This document shows positions 1 to 13,000 of a stretch of 64,000 nucleotides of DNA, one piece after another. This DNA comes from Guillardia theta CCMP2712 (lineage: Eukaryota > Protista > Cryptophyta). The DNA lies in contig NW_005434634.1 in NCBI RefSeq assembly GCF_000315625.1, forward strand, positions 272,531 to 336,530, given 5' to 3'. The number at the start of each line of letters is the position of its first letter. Within the stretch, counting starts at the first letter, position 1. Made by a program: the position numbers and the translations under genes. Below the pieces are notes generated by a model. It did not search any database. It had not been told where the DNA came from and worked only from the letters and a program-made list of their open reading frames with translations.

Positions 1-2
1 TC

Positions 3-3000
3 CTCATCATCGATTTTCGAAGCATGGCCGCTATTGATGGCGGATTGTGTCTGCTGGACTCTGCTTCAGTATGCACTGGATTGCAGCCTGAGCTGTCGAT
101 TATCTATTCAGCAATCAACAATGGTTCGGTCAGTCAAGTGAAATCAATTTGCAAAAATCAATGCACAGGAGCTGTTTACTCCCTGTCAAGGGAACAAACA
201 GGTCTTAGTAGGTCATCCACGACCAAAACAAAAATAATACCTTACAATGATCGCCCATCAATAGGTGGTGCCGGATTTGCAATGAGATTTGACGGAATTG
301 ATGATTTCATCGCGGGTTCTGTCGATGTCTTTCCTTCCGAGGAATTCACGATCATGTTGTGGGTGAGGTGCTCAGACAATGAAAGGCTGGGGCAGGGGAT
401 TATGCAATATATCTCTGAAAGCTATGGATTAGAGTTTGCACTGTTCACTCCAGAAAATCTTGAATTCACATTGCAAGGATCTTCGTCGGGTCCGACTGGA
501 ATTAATGTGAACGATCTCCAGTGGCATCACATTGCTGTGACTTGGGTGCAAAACCAAACTTTTCTATCTGATCACACTTTGCATCAAGCCCAATATGCCA
601 AGCTCTTCATAGATTGTTTTATGTTGTTAGATCGTGCAAATCCGAGGCAATCACAATCGACGTATCCAGGTGGCAATGCAGAGATTCTCTGCAGTCAGGC
701 TGTAAACGAAGAAGGCTGGGCATGGAGTGGAAAACTTGATCTGCAATCGAAGATTGGTAAGACGGGAGAATTTTCTGTTGGACAACGGCTTGCCTGCAAT
801 TCTTCAACAAAGGACATCAGAAACAGGTACGAACGATCCATCGGATTGAACCAGAACTCGACCTTCTGCAGAAGTATAGTGAATGATACATGTGACCCTG
901 CATTCAATAGTACCCCAAGTGTGTACATTCCTGGCATTTACGTTCCAGACCCGAGTTGTAGAAAGACAGCTTCAGGAATATATATGAAAGTTCAACAGCA
1001 AATCAATTGCACAAATACGACGGACCCTTATGCAACACGAACGTATGGTGCTGTTCAACAGATAATTGCTGCAAACAGAATGTTTTCAAACGATAACATG
1101 TTAAACACTGGAAATGTTGCTACAGAGTATAGCATACCTGAAATTTCGCGTGCTGAGCAACAGATCAGGATTCAATCCTTCTGCATATCAGGATGTTTTG
1201 ACTCAAGCAATGCGTTTCTAGGACTGATTGACGATGTTCGAATATACAACTTTTCCATGACGAGCAGACAGATTTCTTTTCGAAACCAGTATTCTGCTCG
1301 TGATGGGGTAAACTGCGAGAATGTGCAAGTGCCACAAGTAGGAAAGTCCGCATTCCAAGGTTGTAGTCACATGATAGACACTTCTTACAAGTATGGTCTG
1401 GTTCTGTACTGGCCATTCGATGATTCTTTTTCACTGTACGGGACGTCTTCCACTTCTCAGAATGGTCTAGCTTCACCCATCAACAACCTTGAGTCATATG
1501 ATGTCGCTCAAGTATCCTACAACAAAATTGGAAACTTTGCTAGTGGATCAAAGTACGCTTTGAACATGGGAATGGGTTTCAACAGTACAGCACCAATGAG
1601 GGTGCCTTCCAGTGCACCGGTCTATGGGTCGAAGCTGGACTTCTTGTATTATGCGTCTGGGACTACTCAACTTGTCGAATTGAAGATCAAAGACGTGGAC
1701 ACTTGTGTGAATACGTTCGATTTCCTCAACACAGGCTCTGATACCTACCCGACATACACTTGTACGACTGTTACCGAGTGTTCTGACAGCCCTTGTGTGA
1801 ACTTCAGGATCCTTTTGTATTCTTCCAATTTAGCAGGTCTGTGTAGGCTTACGTGCTTCGGAATCGTGACGTATCCGCGAGTCAAGAGTGAATGTGTTTA
1901 CAACTTGCCATCCACCATCTTTCCAACTCAGCCTGTTTATATTTGCTCCCCTTTTCCAAATTGCCAAGGAGAAAAATGTTTTGTGGATTCCAAAATCACG
2001 ATATCCTACTCCAACCCAACTGTGAACAAGTGAGTTGTATCGATTGCTGTGAATCTGATTAATGAAGTGTTGCAGCTTTTACGTCTACACTGGCAGTTGG
2101 GTGGACCAAGGAGATCTAAGGCTAATCGGGCAACAATCTCAGTGCCTGTGCATCTCTCAACCTTGCACGGCCTCGAGCTTCGAGCTGTCTGCCCTTGCAC
2201 GAGCCAGCTCTCCTGGACGATCAGATAGTTACATCGGCTACTCTGTCAAGCTGCAATACGGTGACAAGATAGAGTATAGAAACATTGTCTGCCAAGGAGC
2301 GCAAGAATGTTCTTCAACAACTGCGTTCGCTCCCTCGGGAAGAATTATCACTGTAGACAACCCATTCTCATTTGTTCCAAACTCGCAGACAAATTATTGG
2401 ATATTCAAAGGAAACTACACTGTGAAATGGTACTTGTACTACACAAGCGAGATTATTGGAGGCTCAGATACGACTGCAGACGCCATTACTTACGAAGTTA
2501 CGGATACTCCAGGTGAAGCTGGAACTGTTTTCAGCAGCATACAACCAATCAGCTCGTATCAGACTCTGCAGATGCTCCCCGACGTGTCTACAGACACCAG
2601 CTATCTTGCTGCTTGGAATCAACCACAGATGGAAGGAAAGATTGTTATTGCTCCTTCGACAGTTCCAATTCCCATGTCATACAACTTGACTTTGTCTCCA
2701 AATCTCGTATCTGTCATCTTTCTCGATATAATTTTAGACGATGACTCATTCACAAACACCTTCAATGTCACAGTGAATGGACCACAGCAGATGGATTTGC
2801 TGGAAACAGGCAACTTCCAGCAGTCGGGGAATCAGAGCGGAGCATTGTACCAAACGATTGAAGTTTCTTGTGGCCTCGTGTCATCTGCCTCAACATGCTC
2901 CATACTATCGAAACAGCAACTCTTGAGAAGTAGCGGGTACGGTGTTGAAAACGCATCCACAAATACGACCTTTTGTGACGACAAAACATACGTTCGATCT

Positions 3001-6000
3001 ACCAGCCTCATGAACGAGTTGATGAACAGTCACCCCGTGTTCAGATATGGATTGATATCAAAACTTTGTACATACAATGTGAATAACACCGAGATTTACA
3101 ATGTCACAGGTTACAACTACACTTGTTTACCGCCCTGCTCCCCCACGCTATATACGTATCAGATTTTGGCTCAAGGATGTATACGAAATTGCACTAATCC
3201 AGGGCTGATTTGTCACAACACATACGGGCTTTACCCAAACGAGTATGCCTGCTTCGGTGGAATATACAACGGTCAACCTTGTCTGGGACCGAACGATGCT
3301 GCCTCTTGTTTTTCTCCGTTAAGTCCTACAGCATCATGTCAGTTGAGAGACCTTCAGCCTGGCATTAGTGGACCAGACTTGAAAAACAGTCTCGACAAGT
3401 CCGACCCATCCTTGATCGTCCATGCGGTATACAATGGCGATTTGCACTTCTTGGACTGGCTCCATCGAGGAGTTCAGGCAGTGTGGAACGAAGTTGCAAC
3501 AGATGTGGCTGCGGGGTTGGGGTATCAGCTGATCTTGGAGTACCTGATCCGCAATGGATGTCCCTGGCGAGATTCAGCGATTGAAAACGCAAAGTTACGA
3601 GGGCATGCAACGATAGCCCAATACCTTACAGCCTTGAAACCTCCAACAGGCTCGCCGAACTACGAGTGTGGGTGCGCCGGGTTCTCCTTGTTCTCCGTCA
3701 CCGTTGGGATCTCGAGGTGCATCCCGTTCTCGAGTGGCTTCGAGTGTGTGCAGAAGTGCGGAACCTCCCTCGCAGACGACCCCTCCTGCATCGAAGGGAA
3801 GAGCAACTACCTCAACGACTACCAAGACTCCTCCCTCAGTTCTCAATCCTCCCTCTTCCAACTCCTCGTCGTCACGACACCTCCAGCTCTTGCAAGATGC
3901 TCGACCGGGAGCTCACGAGCATTGATCCGAGGGCCTATGAGCGTGTTTCTTTCCAACGAAACGAGCTTTCGGGAGCGATCTTGGAGTGGCTCGCGAGAAG
4001 GGTTCTCTGATCAAGTCGTGACTTGTCATGGTCAAGAAGCTGTTGCACGAGGTCAAGCTCCAAAGCTCTTCTGCTCGACCCCAGGGCCACTCATTACCAC
4101 CGGAATCACCTTCGACTTTCTCAATTACCATCTCTCCGATAAATATTTCCGTGTTATCTATATTCCTGCCCAAGGTGTAACAGGTCGAGTAGCCCAATTT
4201 AATTTTACGACATCAAGAATAGCTCAATATCCTCAGCAGGATTATCTTGCTTGCGCTTCTTTCAGCACCTCGCCATGTTCAAACCAGATACCTATTGCAG
4301 CTCGGTTTGGATTTGTCAACATTACAATTGAAGGAACAGACTCAAATCCAACTCCAGAGAAACCAAGCTCCAGCTACAAACTGCTGGAGGATCAAATCAC
4401 CTTCATGAAGCTTCGGCTGCTTAATTACCCCACATTTCCTAACAAAGTATCAGGTTACATCAAAGATTTTCCCAAGTACGGTACACTCTATCAAGTGAGG
4501 CATGTCAGCAAGCAGCTGAATCTTACCGTAGAACCATTCTTCAACACCTCTGCATCTTTTCTGAGCCCAGACAAGTGCGTCACCACATCAATGGATTGCG
4601 AGTCAGGAAATTGTGATCACCCTCTGCACGATTGCTATTACGTCAAAGAGACCTTCATCCTGGGAGAACCAATACCATATGAAGATGAAACTATAGAACA
4701 GGCACCGAAGTCAATTCTGAATTCTACTGCCCACATCGAGAATCTGTTTGATGCTTCTCAAGGCTCTAATTGTTTCCTTACAGACAGATACGGAAATTCC
4801 TTTGTTAACATGTGGGCAGGAGAGATGAGTTGTGACCTCATTTCTCAAGATATCGTTGGAAGCTACTCCTTTCCGTCGCATTGTCAAAGATGCATGAAGG
4901 TCGATCGCTCTGAATTTCCTATCCCCAATGGCTCATGGACAGGCAACCTCCATTACCGAAACATCTTCGTTTCAAGGTACAAGTCTAACTACGCCATACA
5001 AGCTCCCAACGATCCTGATCAAGGCGGACGATGCAGCGTCAAAGAGTTGTGCAGATTGGGCAGCAACACGGCGTCGAAGAGTACTTGTGTGCCTTGGGAG
5101 CTGCTCGGACCTGACGGCAGGCCGACCGCGAACGGCAGGCCGCCGGTGGTGGACGGAAGTGCCTTCAGCTGGAGTGACCTGAACCCTCAAGCCCAGGGCC
5201 TGCCATGTCAAGGGGTCAATGACCAGCAGGTCTGCTCAAGGAACGTGTCCTACCTGTGGCCTCCCGAGTTTGACCCATACCAGTCAACCGTGCCGACTGA
5301 AGTCAATCTTACCGAGTATGGCGACCCAGAGGATCCCAACGACTTCTACTCCATCTGCGGTCAACGTGGAATCAATCAAGTGATGGCGGAATATTCTACT
5401 CCAGTTTACATGACAGGGTTTGATATACATCATGAGTTGGCGGACAATGTCTTCTTTCGGGTTTTGGCGTACACTGAAGAGTTCGTAACACAAGATGAGT
5501 ACGTGTTTGAGAGTTTTGTGAACAAGTCAACATACACTGTGAACTCACAAACAGTATTTCACTTTGCATCCCATGATACCAGGATGGTCAGAAACAGAAC
5601 TTTCTCTGCTTGCAGTGGTCTTGAGTGGAGAGAAGTGTGGAGAGGGTATGCCAGCGAGGGCAGGCTGGCGGATTCATTCTATGAGTCCATCATGCAAGGG
5701 AGATCTCCTGAGTTCTCCCATCTGAGGATAAGAATTAACCCAACAAACTTCTCGACAAAGAAATTACTCATTCAAAGTTGTGGGTTGATGTACGAAGGCC
5801 CGGGCAACGAGTTCGGGGGTAACGTGCTAGAAGGCTTGCAAACCCTCGTCCTTGTCGGGACTGTTGGGAACTGGCCTAGAGGATGGATTTCGAACCCTGA
5901 GATCAGACTTGCCTATGTGCCCTTCCCAAACTTCAATGGATTGGATTCGTTTTCTTTCTATGCAAGGAACTTCAGCTGCCAAGCTTGTCAGTACTCGGAG

Positions 6001-9000
6001 CCAGACGTTGAGGTCATCGATCTCCAGGTAGCCAACGTCAATGATGTGCCCGAAGCCATCTGGAAGGAGCTGACGAGCAGTCAGGGGGTCAGTGTGGACT
6101 TCGAGCTGCAAGGCGTTGACGCCTCCCCGGATGGACTTGACGGGTGGGTTCAAGGTGGCGACCTGGCTGAGGGAGCAGGCCAGGGCTCCGTTGCAGGCGT
6201 CGGGCCCTTTGGCCCTGTAGGGTTCAACAGTCGGAGCAGCCCCGATCATGAGCCAGACAGTCAGCTGTCGAGCGAGATCCTCTCCTACCCGCAGCTGGGA
6301 ACGCTGCAGTCACTGGGCCAGAACTTGTACAGGTACACACCCCCAGCAGGAGGGGGAGGAAATCCCTTGGCCGTGGTCACATTTGTGATGAGGGATAGTC
6401 AAGGCAATACATCAAGTCCTGGTAGGATCTACTTGAACTACAAGTGCCAGCCCGGGTACAGGATCGATCAAACCTCCAAGACTTGCATCCCCTGTGCTCC
6501 AGGATATTTCAAGGCGCAAGAGGACAGCAGGACTGCCTGTTTGGCGTGCCAGGCTGGCACGTACTCTCTCTACGAGGGTTCTACCGCATGCCTCGCTTGC
6601 CCCCCGGGGAAGTTCACAAGTCAAGGAGCTTCCAACTTTTGTACCTCCTGTGCGCGGGGAACGTTTGCGCCAACAGCAGAATCAAAGGCGTGTCAGGCAT
6701 GTGCTGCAGGAACCTACGCGCCGAGAGCCGGAGCATCATCCTGCTACCAGTGCGGTCAACTGTCGTATGCTCCTCTGCCGGGCATGTTCAGGTGTTACGA
6801 TTGTCCGAGGCTGTCAAGGTCGGCGATCCCAGCAAACACCAACGTGTCCAACTGTCAATGTGTCTACCAATCCTATCGCAACGCCATCTTCGACAACCGT
6901 TCCATCCAGCTGTGGTCGCCGACGGGGGTAGGGGTCCCCAATGAATCCTTCATAGCACCCAGCGTGCTGGCCATCGAGAGCCCATGGCCCGTGCAGCTCA
7001 ACCTCTTCGGGTCTAACTGCTCTTCCTGCCCGGACGGCTCGTTCTGCCATGGACTCAACTTGTACCCCGTCACAAGGATAGCATACTGGACTGACTGGTC
7101 CAGCCCCGACAAGGTGTTTTGGCCAGACCATCTCACACCGCAGTTCTACAAGTGCAACTACAAGAACGTCAGGGAAGTTTGCCTCGGGTATCCCTTGCTG
7201 GATCTCCAAGAGCAGCTTCATATCTGTCATTTCAGAAAGAACTATGCTTTCTGCCCCAACTGGCCGAACCTGACCAATGTCTCCTTCACACACAAGGATC
7301 CTGCAAGGTGCAAGGCTGGCTATGACGGGGTGATCTGCAGCCAGTGCCTTGCTTACCAACTGCAGCAATGCGTGCCCAGAGGCTCCGACCCAGCGGACGG
7401 ATGGTTTTCTTGGAAGCGATTCACCCAGTACAGGGGGCAGCTCGCGCAAAGGAACGTGGACATTGTAGACTGTTACAGCCTGGGGGAGTGTAGGAGCAAC
7501 ACTGATGCGGCAAACTGCTCAGAGGCTCAACAGCGCTGCCTCTCCAACGGAGATGTCTGCACGTGGCAGACTGGACACTACTACCGATCTTTTGACAACT
7601 TCTGCGAGAAATGTCCAGTGGATGTCAAGGAAGGGTTCTTGGTCTACTTGATCTGGTTTGCAAGCTACGCGTTTGTGGTGCTTGTGATTATCTGGATCTA
7701 CCTCATCGACTTGAACTCCTACTTCATCATGTTGACTTTCTGGCAGACTGCTGCTCTGCTCGTCGAGTTCCGCATTGCCTGGCCTCAACAAGTTCTTTCC
7801 CTGCTCAGCTTGTACTCCATCTCAAACCTCAACATCATGGCCGTCCCTTGGATGTGCTTCTTCAACTGGCAGCCCAACTTTCTTCAGAGGTGGATCCTGA
7901 CAAACCTGGTTCTCTTCGGCGTCGTGTCCATGCGTGTCTTGTTGTGGATCTTGCCATTCCTGATCTTGCCTCCAAAGATGAAAACAGTGTTCGATTGCTT
8001 GGTCAGAGTCTTCACACGAAAATCCAATAGGAGGAACTACGAGGACCATGCAACTCAGAAGAAAGACGGGGAAGGAGAAGGACAAGGAGAAGGAGAGGGA
8101 GAGGAGGGCGATGTAGAAATGGAGCAGGCGGAAGGTGGGGCCGAGGATGGTGAAGATGGGCAGACGGCGACTCGGAAAGAAGCGTTTCTGATCAGCAGGT
8201 CAGAGGACCAGGACAGCCAGCATGTTCCAGATGAGATCACTCCGATCGAAGCGTTCGATGAATCGTCAGCTGATTGGGTTCAGACCCCATCGAGAAAGAA
8301 TCGCCGGAAGGAAGGATGGACTGAGTACAGTGTGCATAATGTTTACCAGACGCATATCCCAAAGATGATCAGAAAGCAAGAGAAACATCCCAACTCATGG
8401 ATCGACTTCTCGGTTCCATCGACAGCAGTAGATTGGAGGATGAGGAAGAAATACTTTGACATGGCATGGAGGGAGGCTGTGGCAGTCTTGAATCTGCTGT
8501 ACATCATGGGATCTGTGAAGACGCTAGAGGTAAAGTACTACTTGTTTGCGCGCTTCTGATGTGATGCCAGGCTTTCAAATGGACTTACTGGACATCCAAG
8601 ATTGCTCTTCTAGATGCAGATCCCAGTGTGCAACCGTTTGATACACAACACACGGCAGTGTTCTCCCTAGCTCTCATCGTACTTCCCATCACGGTTTTCG
8701 GACCCGTCATCAACTTTGTTCTCCTGTACATCGGACATCGGCTGAGAATGTTGGATGACCCGAGCTTCCGCATTAGGTTCGGGTTCCTGCTGGATCCGTT
8801 TGAGAGGAGATTTTGGTACTGGAACTTGGTAGTGTCCCTCCGAAAGATGATCTTCGTCTTGTCGCTTGTGTTTTTACAGCACAATCTCTTCCTTCAGAAG
8901 TTTTTTCCTCTCCTTGCAGTTTGCATCAACTTCATCTTAAACATCGTTTTCAGACCCTACAATCTGGAAAGGAACAACCTGCTGGAAAATTTCCTGCTCC

Positions 9001-9994
9001 TGATCTTGATGCTGCTGCTCCTACTCGGCATGATCAGCCCGATAGACATCGCGCTGTATCATGATACCAATGGCAGGAATGATCCTGGTCCATATGAAAC
9101 AAAGATCATTTTGGTCACCATTGCAGCTCAGTTTCTCGTTCAAGTCGTTTCTATCAGATGTATCATATCTGAGGTCGTGGAGGCGCAACTGCGAATGCCG
9201 CTGTGGGCTAGAGCTCCCCTGATGATTATCCTTGCAGCGCTCTCATCCCTGAAAGGACTAGTCAGTATGACAAAGATCATGTCAGCATACATCTTGAAAC
9301 CAACGTCAGACCCCGAGGAAGTGAAGGATTCCAAACCTGCCAAGTTACACTACAAGGCAAGTGACGAGGGCCAGGTGATCACTGGTGATCACTACGCCGA
9401 CATCTGGTGGCAGAAGTTGTTCAAGATGCGCAAGACAAAGGACGCGCTGAGCAACGACGCCTTCCGTGTCAAGAAGTTAAAGGAGGTGCATTGGCTTCAG
9501 AACAGATTCACCATTCGCAAGCGAGCCTTCCACCTGGAGAGAAGGATGGAGCAAATATATCAGATCGACAGCAAGTCCATGCAGATCCTGCGGTTGGAAC
9601 GCGAGCTCTCAGAAGCCCTCGATGCAGCCATCGCTTACGCGCGTCGAGAGGAGGGCGAGTATGCTGATCAGATGTACGACCTGGAGACGGAGCATGAAAT
9701 TCTTTGCAAAGATTACGAGGAGGCTAAGAGGAAGTATGACGAAGAAGCTGAGAGACTGAGCGAGATCGAAGATGAAACCAACTTCTACCAAGCTCAGTTG
9801 GATGCTAACATAAGGAAGGTTGGTCAAAGTGAGGAGTGGAAGGGGAAGTTTCTTAGTGAAAAGGTGAGTCTCGATCCCTGGCCTCTCACTCTCTTACACT
9901 CGCACAGGCAAAGCGTGAGAGACTGGAGCAAGAGATTGTTGATTTACAAGCTCAAATCAATCAGATTAATCTGGCAGGCCCCAAGGAAGACTGA
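3..9994 (+). CDS. Giant multi-pass membrane receptor-like protein (LamG/pentraxin-like, ankyrin-like insert, cadherin/Big_9-like, GCC2_GCC3 Cys repeats, TRP-C-like multi-TM domain, coiled-coil tail); probably 5'-partial
   Basis: ORFs 24-2033, 2062-8559 and 8628-10052 join in frame through GT-AG introns 2030-2075, 8530-8570 and 9864-9907; stop TGA 9992-9994; frame open to the window start. Motifs: FDGIDD...WHHIAVTW...GLIDDVRIYN (LamG); YVPFPNFNGLDSFSF...VANVNDVP (cadherin-like); repeated CxxCxAGTY; RFGFLLDPFERRFWYWNLVVSLRK...RPY..N.LE TM block. Confidence 0.85.
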
Positions 9995-10006
9995 CTTGCT
10001 CGACCT

Positions 10007-13000
10007 TCAGCGCTGCGGGTCGACGGTCGTCTGCATGAGGCCAACCACATGAGCGAGCACACCTGACAGGATGTCAACACAAGCAGCAGCAACCCACTGC
10101 CATCCTTACTGGTTGCCAGGGCTCCCGGCGTTCTCTTGTTGGCGCTGCTGCGAGTAATGCGCTTAGCGCCCATTGTGAAGGGCGTGCGATGCAGGTGGTA
10201 TCCTCCCTCGAGCATCGAGATGATTCTCCCCTGCGTTGCAACTTGTCACGGGCGATGGCGAGGGGAAGGATACAAGGTACCTCACTGTACCGATCTGCTA
10301 TCTCGCCAACCCGAAGCGTGAACCACTTGAAGTCTTCTTCTGTCAGCTGCAGCCCTCCGTCGTTACCCAGCACGTCCTCAGCATGCCCGTCAAAGCCCGA
10401 GGAGAGGAAGATGAGGTTGGGTCGGAACGCGGCGAGGTGGGGGAGCATCTGGTTAGCTGCAATCTCTCGGAATCGATTTGATTCGGTTCCCCGGGGGAGA
10501 GGGATCGACAAGATGTTCGGGTTGCCGTCCACCACCCCTACTTGTCGGCTGTCAGGGTAGAACCCGTCGTCCTGCAAGTGGATGGAGGCAAAGAACACCT
10601 AGCGGGCAGTCAGAGGGAGGGGTCGGGCCAGTCAAACTGCTCACGTTCTCGGGGTCCGTCTCGTCGAGCCAGGGCTTGTAAGATAGAGTGCTGAACTGCA
10701 CGCCGAACCTTAAAGGAGGAACATCAGACTGCAGACTCTTCAGTCACACGTTTACCCGGCGTTACGCAGCCGATAGCGAGGCCGAAGGTTCATGACGCAG
10801 GCAGCCGTCCCGTCGCCATAATGAGCATCGAAGTCTATGATGGCAATTCGCTGTAGAATCCCCTTGTAATTGTACCTGTGAGATAAAGAGTGACTGACAG
10901 TGACAGCCTTGCTTCACGGCGCCAACCTCGCATACGCTGCTGCGATCGCAACCGAGTTGAGCAGGCAAAACCCCTGGGAGGGAGACAAGCGCCCTGCATC
11001 ATCTGCCACCTGACCCGACGGTCCAGCATGGTGCCCAGGAGGACGGCAGGGCACAAACACCCTCTTTGGCCCTCCTATCTGCATCACCCGATCTACAGCA
11101 TAGCAACCTGCTCCTGCACAGACGGCGGCAGCATGGAAGGACGAGCTGCAGATGTTCGTCTCCTGTACTTCATGGTCAACCACTCCAAGGCCGAGAGATA
11201 AGTCACCCCGTCTCCGAGCTCAGCAACCATCCCCGAAGTCAACGTAGAGCACTTTCCCTGTAGCTCGCACACATACTCCCAGCTGCGCGAGGTCATCAAA
11301 TGTTGAGGATGAGGAAGAGAAGAGGAGAGAGCGGAGGAGAGAGGAAGAAGAAGAGAAGGAAAGAGGGCGAAGAGGAGAAGGGGAAGGAGTAGCAAGACTT
11401 TACTCGTGTACACGCAGGATGTCTGCCATCGGCGCTTCCAAGTTCCATTGCTCCCACAGGAGATGATCGCGCAGCGGATGCTGAGACGAATTTGAGTCTC
11501 TTCTCTTCACTCTTGTCCCATGCCCTCAAAGCTCACCTGTGAGAGGACTCCTCCTTCCCCGATGAGCACGTCCATCCTCTCCTCGGCCTCCTGGTGATCT
11601 TTCTTGACGCGATGCATCTGAAACGCCCCGCTGCTCGCAGAGGTCAAGGTCAAGCTCCCATCCTCCTCCTCCTCCTCATTCTCTTCCTCGTCCTCGTCCT
11701 CCTCCCTCACCTGTAGACAATCAGGACCTGTGGCTGGTAGCTGCTGTCTTGTGGATGCTTCTCCGTAGTCATAAGAATCTCCTTCTCGTCCAAGTGCTTG
11801 CTATGAGGGAGGCTCGACGATAAGTGGCCGATGGCTTTGGTCACCACGTTCAGCCCCTGGGTGACATGGTCTAGTTTCCAGGACATGACCTGCAGGGCCT
11901 CCTGATCCACCAGCTGGGAGTTGGGGCCCTTGGGAGGAGGATAAACACTTTCTCGTTGAAGCTCCTGCTGCTGTAGGTAGGCAGAGCTCCTGCTTCTGAG
12001 CATCGCCACGTCTTCCCCTGGTCTGATCTGCTCCCCTCGTGCAAACGAGTACTCTTTCGGAGGGAGGCTGGGATGCATGCTGCTGAACGTGTAGCGCTTG
12101 TCCGGGTCCGAGGCCTCATACCTCCTCCCAACCACGTCGCTCCCCTGCCTGTAGCTCTCCTCCTGCAGATGGATGTCTGCTCGCCTTGCGAGGGGATCGT
12201 CGATTCCAGCAGGAGGGGCATGAAAAGTCTTGGGGGGAGAAGCCATGCTATCGGCACCATAGATCCGCTTGCTGTACTGCGGTGATATGTCAGTGTACGG
12301 CACACTGGCCATCTTGGCAGCAGCTGCTGATTGAATGCTGGCGGCAAGCTGGGGATCATGGAGCTTCATGCTCGCTTCTTGCGAGGGAGTAGCAAACTCT
12401 TGGTAACCCTCGTACACAGCGTTGGAAGGCAGCTTGCTGTCCTCCTGATATCTGCTCCTCTCCTGCTGATACCCCTTCCTGTAGGAAGGAAACGAGGTTT
12501 TCATCCTTGGGCTCGACGACTTCCCTCGTTGAAATTCTTGCTGCTGCCCATGCATGCTCGAAAGAACCTCCGCCTGCTGGCTGTTTGCTTGCGGGGCTGC
12601 TGTGCTGGGCGGTTGTTTCTGGCCAGTAGAGGATGACAGTTTCTCAACGAGCTGGAGGAGACGCTGAGCTTCCTGTGGAACCTCCCGACCTTCGCCGGTC
12701 TCCCCTGACTTTGACTGACCCGTCTGGGAGATGAAGGGCTGGATGTAGGACAGCGGATCCTGAGGAGCAAGACCGGACAAGAAGTAGTTCACCCTGCCCT
12801 TGAGCTTTTCTACAGATTCCCTGGACCCAGTGATCACAATCGACAACTTGTCATCGCCTCCATCCTCCACATTCTCAGCATCCTTGCTGCTGTTTTGTGA
12901 CTGAGGGCTCCACGAGGGGATGTAGATGTGCGATCGCAACATCTTTGCCTGTGCTTATCATCAAACGTGCATTGCGCTTGTTCGAACTTTCACCTCATGG

